Shown here in pieces: positions 13,753 through 25,171 of a stretch of DNA of 31,960 bases. The first letter of the stretch is position 1. Every line of letters starts with the position of its first letter. Source of the DNA: Pseudovirgaria hyperparasitica (lineage: Eukaryota); assembly GCA_010093815.1 (NCBI GenBank), contig ML996568.1. The stretch is one strand, 5' to 3'. The notes beneath the pieces are model-generated. The model made no database searches. It saw only the letters and a program-made list of their open reading frames with translations, and was not told the DNA's origin. The translations under genes were made by a program, and so were the position numbers.

Positions 13753-14124
13753 TGTGGAAGGCCGTTCCTAGCGCCCTATATGTATGTGTCCCTAGCTCGA
13801 TTACATGGCTCATTGTATATTTAAGGAGGGCGTTTTCCTCGGTCATTCTGCTCGACACGCTTCCCCTATTACTAATATTCGACGATTCGACCTTTCCTTA
13901 CGTTCATGGGCCTCTAGAGGTATTAATTATTAGGCTTAGCTATTAATAAATTGATTAAGAGTATTATATAGACCCGTCCTATTATAAAAGAGAACTAATA
14001 AGAAGTCGTGCGTTTAAAGAGAACTTATAATACCTAGGAGAGATACTTGTAAGTTCGTCGTGACTACTATACTAAGAATATAGCCATTTATAAAAAGGGA
14101 TATACGTAGCGATAGCTTATTATA
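13753..14124 (+). repeat. Inner Gypsy 5' LTR
   Basis: Intact TG start. Shares the A5 run and CCTCGGTCATTCTGCTCGAC with 24796-25167. Confidence 0.95.
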
Positions 14125-14128
14125 ATTT

Positions 14129-14144
14129 TAGAGGTCGTACCCGG
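14129..14144 (+). promoter_or_regulatory. Primer-binding site, probably complementary to the tRNA-Gln 3' end (outer copy at 8744-8759)
   Basis: TAGAGGTCGTACCCGG, 4 nt after the LTR. Reversing two TpG>TpA changes gives TGGAGGTCGTGCCCGG, which fits a fungal tRNA-Gln acceptor end (...GACCT-CCA) as recalled, not searched. Confidence 0.6.
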
Positions 14145-14591
14145 ACTACGAACTTATAGGGGGAGATTAGGACTCCGAAACTAGCTTAGGGGAAGTATAT
14201 AGCGTGCCTAATAAGGTAGTCTAGACTTACTAGATCGAAGCTATAAGTCCGGAAAATAGGGAGTCCGGAGTCGCTAGGGGCTAGCCTCTTAAAAGTAGCC
14301 GTAAAAAGTATACGCATGCTAACACGGGTGATAGCGCGACTCGAAAATGTCTTAGGGGAATAGGATATAAAATAGGGCTAGATAAAGTAGTAAAGAAGAG
14401 TTTAAAAACGATAAATATAACCTGTTTAGTACTACTATAGCTGTTATTTATAAACACGGCTATACGAGTATACTACTTTAGGAACGCCTTATACGAAGAT
14501 AATAACATAAGTAGAATACCGTGAACCTTATATCGATAAAGACGATAGTAATAGTTTATCTTATAAAGGGATTAATTAATATAGAGAAGGG

Positions 14592-17500
14592 ATGATAGGT
14601 GTTATAGATAGACGCATTAGGCTAACCTTTAGTTAAGGTAATCCCTTAACTAATAACCTTACCCCTAGCGTCTCTACTAGTATACCTACTACTAGTAATA
14701 GTGCGATAGGAGCTTAAAATAACGATCTAGTAACTCGTAGAGAGATACTTAACTTCTTCGTAGTATTTGCGCGATAAGGAAGGATGGTACCTCTATCTAC
14801 CCTAGCCCCCGAGCGCTTTAAAGGAATAAATATTATAGCCTTCCTTCGGAAGTACGAGGATATATATATAAACTACGAAGTTCCGCCTAATAAGAAGATA
14901 ACCTCTCTACTATTATACTACGAGGACTATCTCCGTCCTACTATTAAAGAAATAGATAGGTTTTAGAAATAGTAGTAGGCTACGCTACGTGAAGAATTAT
15001 TAAAGGAATTCTCTCTATTTAACTCCGCCCTCGAGGAAGGCACCATCCACTTTATCCGAAAATATATGGAAATGGTTAAAGTAGACCTATCCTACTCTCT
15101 CCCTATATACTACTTCTAGTATCGTGTTATTACGGAGAAACTTACGGCTAAAGAAAGTCTAAGCTCGTATTCGCGAATAGAGCTCTTTCTAGAAGGGCTA
15201 CCTAATAGTCTTAAGGCTCGGGCTATAGAGAAATGTTAACTTATAATGGAAGCATATAGTTATAACTAGGTAATTATCTATAACTTCGTATTACGAAAGG
15301 CTAGAGCACTTAAGGAACTAGCTTATATTAATAAGTACTTAGCCGCATAAGAGCTAGCCATAGCTATATACTATAAATCAAAGATAGGGAGTAAGAAGAC
15401 TAGCTTAGAAGAGTAGTTATATAAAGAAAGAAGAACTAATGAATTTAGCTACCTCTCTCTAGTCGAAGTATACGTCGCGCTAGAATCGGATAAGTTTAAT
15501 AAGATGGTAGAGAGATTTAGTAAACTAGACCTCACGTTAATTAAGATGAAGTCCTACTTTACCTCTAATCCCTTATTCTTATTCCTTAAGAAGTACGAAC
15601 CTAAGCTACTTTCGGCTATTATTAACTAGTAGGCGCGAAGGCTAAATCTTTTAATACACCCCTAAGTACGAGGCATGTCTATAGAACTAACGTAAGTTTA
15701 TCTATAGAATTATATATAGAATAGAGAATACATCTCTACCCGAGACTCCTAAGAAGGCGTTATAGCCTAGGATAGGCCTCGAAGACCGATTATATATATT
15801 ACGTGCGGAGGAGATTATCTAATATATAGATATCTAGAGATAGTAGGATATATTAGAGACGGATTACTAAATATTAACGGGGTGCGAGTATTCTAAGGGC
15901 GTTTCGGGGCGAACGGAGAAGAAATCCTATTACTACCCTCCTCGGTAGGGCTATAAGCTACCCTATAAGCTATCTAGAACTACGTAGTAACGGTTTAAAA
16001 CGGTCTAAGCTAGTACGGAGGGGGAGTAAAGGTTTCCACGTCCGTAGTAAACATTAACGCTTTATAGGGAGTGCCGGTATATAGTATTAGTATAAAATCT
16101 ATAAAGGGTCCCTACTAGGCCTTAGCGGACAGCGATTCGGAAGAAGAAGTTATATCGCCCGAGAGTAAGAAAGATAGATATATAGAATTCCACGAACGCT
16201 TCGACGTAGCTAGTAATAGATATATCCGTAAGGAGATAGCTCTAGAAGAGCCTACTATACTCGTAATATCTAGAAGGGGGATTATAAAGAGTATACCTAA
16301 TTATACTAAGAAAAGAAAGATTATCTATCTCCGCGGAATGCGTAAAGGGTAGTATATAAGGATTATCGAGGAATAGGAGGACGGCGAGAAGAGTAGCGAC
16401 TAGAGAATATCTAAATAAGAGCTAACGGCGCCTAAGGATAAGATAGATAAAGGGGATAGCCTAAATCCTAGTTAAAAGGCACGTATCCGAGGCGTTAAGC
16501 TTAATAACTATCTACGTAAGGGATAGCGGCTAAGTATAGAAGCTAGCGAAGCATGGCTAGTGCGCGTTCTAGGGATAACTATAAATATTACTATTAGTAA
16601 ACTATTAAGCCTTAATAGTAACTTATATCGTGCGGTATTTAAGAAGGGCGCCCCCGACTTTATAGCTAGAGAGATCTATAAGACTTAAGAGGAGAGAGCC
16701 GAGAAGAAAGAAAGAAACGACCATACTATGGCTCCCGAGATAAATAAACTTAATATATTAGTATCTCTCTATACTATAGGGACGGCTATTACGTAACGAG
16801 ATATTAATTAGCTTAAGAAAGAGATAGTAAGGCTAGTAGCCGAGTATCTAAGGTACCCCATAGAAGTTAGTCCTAAAAGGGCGACTAGTATAGTACTATT
16901 TAATAGTGGCGCGTAGGTAAATAATATTTAACTAGATACTATAAGGCGTCTTAGGCTAGTAATATCTTCGCTTCTACTATATATAAAGAACTTAAGTTTA
17001 GTTAGCGCTACTTAGTATAGTACTCTATTCGTAGGAATAGTATAGTAATACCCTATCTATATAGGTCGGATCGTTACGGCCACTTTAATATTTATATATA
17101 GTAAACTTAATTATAACCTTATCCTAGGGGAGCTATATACTAGGTAGGCCTTACTTATAGTATAGAGGTTAGCCTCTAGGTAAGTACTCTTAATAGTCTA
17201 CTCCGTATATAGATAAGAATATATAACCTTCGAAACTAGTCCGGACGAGTATATTCTAGTCTTAGAGAAGGAGGGTAACTCTATAGCTAGAGACTAACTA
17301 TATAGTAGAGTATATCGCTAGAAGCCGGAGTTAAGCCGGATTATTAGTTAAGGGCTACCCTTAACTAATAATCTATACTAAATAGGGTCTAGTAAACCCA
17401 CTAACGAAGGGGATAGAATATATTTTTATATGGATATAGAAATAAGTTATATAGAGTTACTTTCCGAGAAAATCCGGCCTAAAAATATTACTTAGTTATC

Positions 17501-20500
17501 GAGAAAAGATAACTTAGCCGCCCTAGTTATAGTGGTAAGGTACACTACCTTTATATATAAATAAGGCATAATAATAGAATAGCTTATAGTAGGCTCTACC
17601 GGCCTCTAAAGGCGGTATTCATCCGGGGTATTAAAGGGATTTAGTATAGCTACTATATATAAAAGAAAGGGAGTTAAAGTATACCCTATAGATAACTCCG
17701 AAGCCTACCGAAAGGTCCCTAGGAATCTATTAGGGTATCTAGACTAGCGTGAACGAGTAATTATATAGTAGGTACTTCTTCCGGCCGTCCACCTAGGCCT
17801 TAATACGTTTAATAGACTAATAGAGCCTTAAAGGGTAACTATCCCGCTAGAAACACGTCTAACACCTCTATATATAAGTTAGCTAAAGATTAGAATAGAG
17901 CTACGTCCTATAGAACTTAAGTTACTATATACGATCTTATTATATCGCGAGGAAGTACTAGTATAGGAATTCTTATATCTTAGTAAATTTAATAAAGAGG
18001 TGGCACCTCTATAGGAGATCTGAACGGTAGAACATAAGGTATAGTAGGCTAAGAACTTTAATATTCCTAGAGCCCTTTACGGGAAGGTACTTACGATTCT
18101 AAAAGAGCGTCTTAATAGCGGAAGGCTCGAGCCCTATAGTAGTTCTTATTAAAACGTCTATTTTCTCGTAGAAAAGAAGAAGGAAGCTAATAAGGAACGA
18201 GATTATAGGTTAATTAATTCGGCGATAGAAATTAACCGAGTTACTATTCGTAATACGGCCACGCCGCCCTTATATAAAGAATTCTTAGAGTACTTTACGG
18301 GGATGGCCGTCTTAACGTTTACCGACTTCTTCTTAGGATATAATTAGATTCTATTAGTAGAGCATTACCGAGACTTAACGGGGTTTATAACGCCCCTAGA
18401 ATTACTACACGGGATAATATTACCTTAAGGGGCCACTAATTTAGTAGCTTAGTTCGTTAGGATTATATTAACTATTATATAAGAATACATCCCGGAGAGG
18501 GCTCTACCATTCCTAGATAACTTAGATATTAAAGGACCTATAACGAAATATAACTCTAAGGAGGCCCTGCCTAGAATTTATAGATATATTCTAGAATATT
18601 TAATTAACGTAGATAAGGTTCTCGCGGATATAGAGCGCGCTAGATACGCCCTAAGTAGTAAGAAGACTTAGTAGTGTATTAAAGCTGCTAACGTTATAGG
18701 ATACGTCTACGGCATTAAAGGGAGGCGACCGAGTAATAAAAAGGTTACTACTATTAGGGACTAGAAACCCTATAAAAACACGACGAATATGCGAGCCTTT
18801 CTTAGCGTTTATATATATTTCCGGATATAGATCCCCGGGTACGCTATTATTATATCGCCGCTATTTATACTATTAAAGAATAAATTGGCCTAGTAGTAGA
18901 TAGCTAAGGAGTAGACCTCGATGGTCGCGCTAAAGATAGCTCTAACTACTACTCCCGTACTAATAACGTTACGGTACGGGATAGGTATAGAAGATATAAT
19001 TCTAGTAGTAGACTCTAGTAACGTTAGGTAGGGGGCTACGTTAATATAGGAGAACGAGAATTATAAATATTAGCTATCGCGGTATAATAGAGGAATATAG
19101 TTAAAAGCTAAGAGAAACTATAATACCGTGAAACTAGAGTGCCGAGCCCTCCTCCACGCGTTATAGAAGTTCTAGTAATACCTCTATAGTACGTACTTTA
19201 TTATGGAAATAGATACGAATACTCTAGTTACTTAAATTAACCGTACTATAACTAACTTACTAGGGGCGCTCGTTACTAGGTGGCTCGCGTGGATTTAGCT
19301 ATAGAACTTTATAGTTAGGCATATATCTAGGAAGCGTAATATAGTCGCCGACGGTATCTTACGGATGCACGAAGGAGAAGAACTACTAGACGTCTCTATC
19401 TTTAACCTAGACGAGTTCGTGGATATGGCTCTATATATAGACGTACTAGAGACGTCGTTAATTAAGCCTATTAGCGGGAGAGATTACACGATAGGGATAC
19501 TCGACTATACCGCTATTAAGTCTCCCTTAATAGATAAATATAGTAATAAATAGTAGAGGATTACGAAGTATCTTACTATACTTAAGAGACTAACTAACCT
19601 AACCGACTAAGCGTATAAGGCCTTTATAACCGACTATCTAAAGTTCCTTATACGTAACTAAATACTCTAGTAGAGAGGAGATAGGCATCGCTAACACACA
19701 CGAGTAATTAAGGATCCGAATACTAGGGCGCGTATAATTACTACTACTTATAATAAGATAGATTATAGAGGTAGCGAAGGGACCCTCGGAAGGATTAAGG
19801 ATAAGTATTAGTAGGTAGGTATACGTAGAGACGTGCGATAGCACGTGAAAACCTATAATAAATATTAACGACGAAGTAAGCTCCTCGGAGGTCTTAATAA
19901 AGGGCTCTACCACGTTATAACGCCTATTCTTTAGTAAAGAATATACTTAGACGTAACGACACTACTACCTTCTATAGGGTATAGTAAAGTAGTATCTATA
20001 CGAGAATAGCTAAGCGGATAGACTAAGGCGGAGGCATGTACGGCGGCCACGTCTATAGTCGTCGTAAAGTTCCTCTTTAAGAACGTAATCTATAGATACG
20101 GAATTATTCCTAAAATTACCTATAATAGTGGTAGAGAAAATATAGGTGCCATAGAGGAGCTCCTCCGACTCTATAGAATTTATTAGAAGATTATATCTAC
20201 GTATAATCCCCGAGTAAATAGAATTATTAAGAGAAGTTTTATACTACTCGCTAATACTCTCGCGAAGATGACTAATAGCGGATTTAAGAACTAGCCCGAC
20301 CACCTCCATGCGGTTATCTAGGTAGATAGAATAATAATACGTACTAGTATAGGGTATAGTACTATATACCTCGTGCTCGGCTATAAACTAATTATGCCTA
20401 TTAAAGTCGAATTCGAGTCGCTCTAAATGCTCCCTTAGGACGAGGTGCGATTAACGTCCGACTTACTCGCTCTTCGAGCTAGATAACTTAAGAGAAGATC

Positions 20501-21008
20501 CGAGGATCTTAAGGAGGTCTATACCCACGTAATATAAACGCGTAAGGAATTAAGAGAGGCATAGAATAATAACTATCACCTTCGTCTAGAGTCGTTACTA
20601 GTTAATATAATTATCCTTCTATACGACTCGTAGCGATAGAAGAATATAGAGCGAAAGCTAAGGTAGTATTAGAGGGGGCTATATAGAATCTAGTCCGTGT
20701 TTAATTATACTTATAAGCTCGCGGAGCTTAATAGAGCCATGCTTAGAGGGACGTTTCCTAGCTATAGATTAAAGAAATATTTTATAAGAAATGCGAGTAA
20801 CGAGAGTTATAACGAGCCCTTACGACTACTAATTAGAAGAATTACCGAGGAAAATAAGGAGAGTAGTAATAAGGAAAACTATTATAAATAACTTACGGAA
20901 TACCTCGACGACGCTATACGAACCCGGGTAGAAGTGGTAATTCCTACTCCGTAAGACTTTAATAGAGAGGAATATTTATGTTTCCCTAGAATTAATATCT
21001 TCTTCTAG
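14592..21008 (+). pseudogene. Inner Gypsy single-frame gag-pol polyprotein (~2140 codons): gag with Zn knuckle, PR, RT, RNase H, IN; no chromodomain
   Basis: All de-RIPed motifs lie in one frame: CITCGGDHLMYRC (15795-15833), LFDSGAQVN (~16896), TMYKRKGVKV, LPQGATNSVAQF (18420), FLDD, VDSS..GWGA, KLECRAL, integrase HVKTCDKCQ, LSGWTEA, CDGGREN, YNPRANG. Start and stop are approximate. Confidence 0.9.
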
Positions 21009-21340
21009 GGGATAGAAGTTTTTTTAAGGAGGGAAGGGATGCTTATAAAAGTAGTCTTATAACGATGAACTCTATTATCGAAAGAGAATAATAAACCCTA
21101 TCATTACTATAAAATAATAAAACCTATTATTAAAGTAAGTAATGCTTGAAAGAAGACATAATGGCGTTTACGCGAAATTCCACCTATCATACATTAAAAC
21201 TAGTCGTGTAATCGAAGCCTACCTATCGAAGGTCTATTTCGTTACTATAGAACGGGCCCTATTAGAAACTAATAAGGAAGAAAAGAAGGAGAAGGTATAA
21301 GAGAAAAAGATACTTATAGGAAGTCTTATAGGGATAAGAA

Positions 21341-21441
21341 TATACCCGGTATCTATTTATTTATAGATTCCGCTATATACCCGGTAGATATATTTATTTA
21401 TAGATTTCCTATATACCTAGTATATATTTATTTATAGATTC
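21341..21441 (+). repeat. Three ~35-bp tandem repeats between pol and the extra ORF (outer copy ~27375-27475)
   Basis: Unit TATACC(C/T)(G/A)GTA..TATTTATTTATAGATT starting at 21341, 21376 and 21412. Confidence 0.75.
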
Positions 21442-21663
21442 GACACGTATACGGGCCTACGGCCGTTAGTAAGGATCATTTATAAAAATTACTATATACC
21501 CGGCATTCGAGGAGGCATAAAAAGAGAACTTAAGATAGTATATAACTCTTCCCTCTTATACCTCTCTATATCTCCTTAATTAATAAAACCTCCTCCTCTA
21601 CTTCCGCCTCGCTTAAACTACCTCTCCTTAGAACGTAACTCGCCGATAGAACTAATAATAATA

Positions 21664-24645
21664 ATAGCCCCGCTAAAGAAGAAAACGCCTACCCGTGAAG
21701 AGTTATAAGATTATTAAGCACTAATAAGATAGACGCGGTTCTAGTTAAGAGTCGTGAGTACTAAAGTAGGGCTATCGACGGCTATGGTAGTATTAAGGCT
21801 ATCTACTACTCTACACGGATAGGCTATAGAAGCTACGGAAATAAATAAGTCTACCATTAACTAAATTATCGCTATCTAGGACCCGTAAGAGCGATAGGAC
21901 TATATTCTAGACACGTTTAATAATCTCCTTTATATTACTAGCCTTATAGAATAGCTCTTAAGTAGTATAGTCGACCTCTTCTAGGAAGTAGGAGCCGTAA
22001 TAGGGTATAGTAAGGTAAAGATTAACTCCTCTATTCTAAAAGAAGTCTATAAGATAATTCGTCGTGGAAGAGATACTAACTCCCGTATTCTAAAAGCTAA
22101 AAATGCAATCCTATAAAACTAGCAAAAAGACCTCTCTAATAATAATAGCTAGTTACTCTAATCCGCCCTCGGACAGCTCTAGTAAATATAGAACTTTATA
22201 GAAAAGCTAGTAGCGCTCTTATAAGTGCGAACATGGGCGAGAGCGAGGAACTAGTTAAACGTATCTCTATAGTTCTAAATCGGCTAGGGATAGAAGGGAA
22301 GGGGAATTAAGGTATATCTTTAGAGCTCTAATATTAATACCGCCCTAGCTAGCGATAGTAACGAGGACGGCCTATCTCTCTAGTAACTCTTAAACTACCC
22401 TAGCCAATAAAATAAACTAATGTTCTATAATAAGATAGGACTTATTATCCCTACTAGTTAATAGTTACGGATAAGTAGAATGGTTCATAGGCCCGTTAAA
22501 TACTATCTATAAATTAAAGAGATAAGTATATCGCCTCCGCCTTAGACCTTACCGTCGCTAAAACTAGCGTAGGTAACGTCTATAGTAAAGTCCCCTCCAC
22601 GAAGCACGCCTTCTAGTTTAGTAGTATATCGTCTCTTCGAAGCTAGTCGTCCGTTCGAAGTAAGTATTCCTTCTACTACTACTAGTAAACGTCCCTTACT
22701 AGGCTATGCGAGAACGTCTTTAGTGCCCGTTACGGCTACGCCGATAAAATCTACTCGTGGGCGTGCCTTATCTACCGGCCCTTAGTAATTACTAGGGGCG
22801 CCTATATAGTAATCCCCGGTTATTCTTAGTTCGTACTCTAAGATAATAGTATTAGTCGAGGAAGAGGACGAGCCTAAGAAGTATTAATGCGCGCCTTTAG
22901 TGACGAAGACTTTTAAGGTAGCTACATTATTAAAGAAGAATTTCACGAGCATTAAGGGAATGGCCCTACTAGTACGCTAGAAAGCGTAGATAGGTAACAT
23001 GGCTATTCTATATAAAGTCTACTATAAGCATTACTAAGACGTGGCTAGAAAGAATAATATACTCGTTAGCGTGTCCTACTTAAACCTAGTAGCGAGACTT
23101 AAAATAGTATATAAGTTTAGAGATAACATGGGGGCCCTTAAAGTTTATAAGAACCGCTATACCTAGTTCGCGAAGTACGCGCGGCCACCTTATCCAATAG
23201 AGGCATTAGGTATCTATTATTACTAGGCCCTAGAGACCCCGAAGCAAGTTATTAATATTAAAACCATCCTTACTAGTATTATATTTATAATTTAGAAGGA
23301 GGATAGTAGAATAGGTAGGTAACTCTTCGACGAGTAGGAACGTACTAGAAGTATTAATATTAAAGGGCTCTTCGAGCTACTTAAAAAGACGACCTCTATA
23401 CTTAATAAGAGTATCCTAGAACTCGCGAGGGATGAATTTAATATGTACAAGTACTACTAGTGTATATTTAATAAGAAATCGAACTACGGCTAGCTACGAA
23501 CTATATACTACTCCTATATCTAATAGTTTATTAGGTAATACCTACTTTACTAGCTTATCTATATCGCTCTTCGGCCCGATCTTAACTACTATCTAATCTC
23601 GTACCTATACTATGCGAAGTCCTAGGATAGAGGCGATAAGACGGGTTTTAAGCATCTTAATAACGCTATCAATCGAATCCTCGATCCTAGTAATAGACAC
23701 GGGTTTAATATAATCTAGGGGAGTATTAGTCTCGATAACGAACGAAGTAACGACTATACTATAATCGTTCCCCGCTTCTATAAGTTCTTAAATAAATAGT
23801 AGTTAAAGGCTAAGCTCCGCGAGGGGGTCAATCGAAACGGTATAATTACGGCTATTAACGATAAGATCTATAATAAGGATAATAGGAAACGATTTGGTCC
23901 CTTCGTCCCGGTCCCCTACCAGTCCCTTAAAGTACGTATCTCTAGCCCCCTAATAATACACGGCGCCTAGGGTCCCGTAAAGGGTAGAAGATGTACGATA
24001 CTTCTATGGTATATCGCGATTAGCCCTAATTATATAATAATAGAAGTGCCTAAAATAGGTATATAGGAATAACTCGTAGTAGCTTATAGGAATTTAACTC
24101 CGGGACCTATATCTCTATCGGGATTTTCTAATAAATACAGCGCGATTCCTTTTACCTTCCTAGCCGTAGTTTAACTCCCGAGTTTTAACGCCGTTAGTAA
24201 CGTATTAGTTAGTCGTAAAAGATAGGATAGCTAGAAGGTAAAAGAAGAGGTAGCTACGTAGCTTAACGCAAGTCCTTAATAACTTAAAGCTAAGGTAGAC
24301 GCCTAGTTTAAGGAGGGCTCGAGGGTATTCGTAGAGACCTTTAAGAAAATAGTAAGATAGGAAAGGCTAGTCTATAGGGATAGGTCGTTCTAGAAGGAAT
24401 TTAACGAGGCGCGCGCCGCTAAGCGGCTAATTAATTTTAAGAAATTCGAGCCCGACGCGGGCCTAGATAACGTTAAAGAGAACTTCTACGGATAGAAGAG
24501 GCCTAATAAACTATCCGACGAGAAGGAATCTAACCTCTCTAAGATAAGCGATATAATTCTTTAGAAGCTAGCTCGCGACCTCGAGTACTAAGATTAGGCG
24601 CCTAAAAACCTACCTAATTATTAGTTAAGGGCTGCCCTTAACTAA
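21664..24645 (+). pseudogene. Extra ORF (~990 codons) of the inner Gypsy; C-terminal putative PhyH-like 2OG-Fe(II) dioxygenase domain
   Basis: One frame whose stops are all TAA/TAG, compatible with RIP. De-RIPed LISYPYYAK..GDKTGFKHL(D) (His 23653), NMIQGSVSLDDE...CT.IVPRFH, IHGAQGP (His 23959), RRTILPWY. Start and stop are inferred. Confidence 0.7.
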
Positions 24646-24779
24646 TAATCCGGGCTAAGGTTTACCCGCGCTAAGGGGTTTACTAGGGGCGTATTTTATT
24701 CGTATTAAGGTCTTTCTTTTGGGCGTTCTTCACACGGTTTCTTACACGGTTACTATACTACTAAGGGTAGTAGTTCTAT

Positions 24780-24795
24780 GGGCCGGGGAGGTATA
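24780..24795 (+). promoter_or_regulatory. PPT-like tract before the inner 3' LTR (outer copy ~30814-30829)
   Basis: GGGCCGGGGAGGTATA lies directly before the LTR start. Confidence 0.6.
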
Positions 24796-25167
24796 TATAG
24801 AAGGCCGTTCCTGGCGCCCTATATATATATATCCCTAGCTCGATTACATGGCTCATTATATATTTAAGGAGGGCGTTTTCCTCGGTCATTCTGCTCGACA
24901 CGCTTCCCCCATTACTAATATTCGATAATTCGACCTTTCCTTACGTTCATGGGTCTCTATGGGTATTGATTATTAGGCTTAGCTATTAATAAATTAATTA
25001 AGAGTATTATATAGACCCGTCCTATCGTAAAAGAGAACTAATAAGAAGTCGTACGTTCAAAGAGAACTTATAATACCTAGGAGAGATACTTGTGAGTTCG
25101 TCGCGACTACTATACTAAGAATATAGCCATTTATAAAAAGGGACATACGTGGCGATAGCTCATTACA
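24796..25167 (+). repeat. Inner Gypsy 3' LTR
   Basis: Intact CA end followed by TSD CTAG. Confidence 0.95.
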
Positions 25168-25171
25168 CTAG

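Larger units (their letters stand above)
13753..25167 (+). mobile_element. Inner full-length Gypsy copy (11,415 bp) nested in the outer copy of the same family
   Basis: 372-bp LTRs at 13753-14124 (starts TGTGG) and 24796-25167 (ends TTACA). TSD CTAG at 13749-13752 and 25168-25171. The uninterrupted site is visible at 19134-19137. Confidence 0.97.

Noticed and set aside
13743..13946. 67-aa ORF
   Set aside because: Spans the RNase H/LTR insertion junction; a chance open frame in the least-mutated LTR.
19638..19913. Minus-strand ORF (and its copy at 25672-25878)
   Set aside because: Antisense shadow of the integrase region with no independent motif.
14784..20891. Short + strand ORFs at 14784, 19365 and 20697 (and 26731) as separate genes
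   Set aside because: All are stop-free remnants of the single gag-pol frame.
21664..24645. Extra ORF interpreted as env
   Set aside because: Env-like position, but no evident signal peptide or transmembrane anchor; the motifs fit a dioxygenase better.
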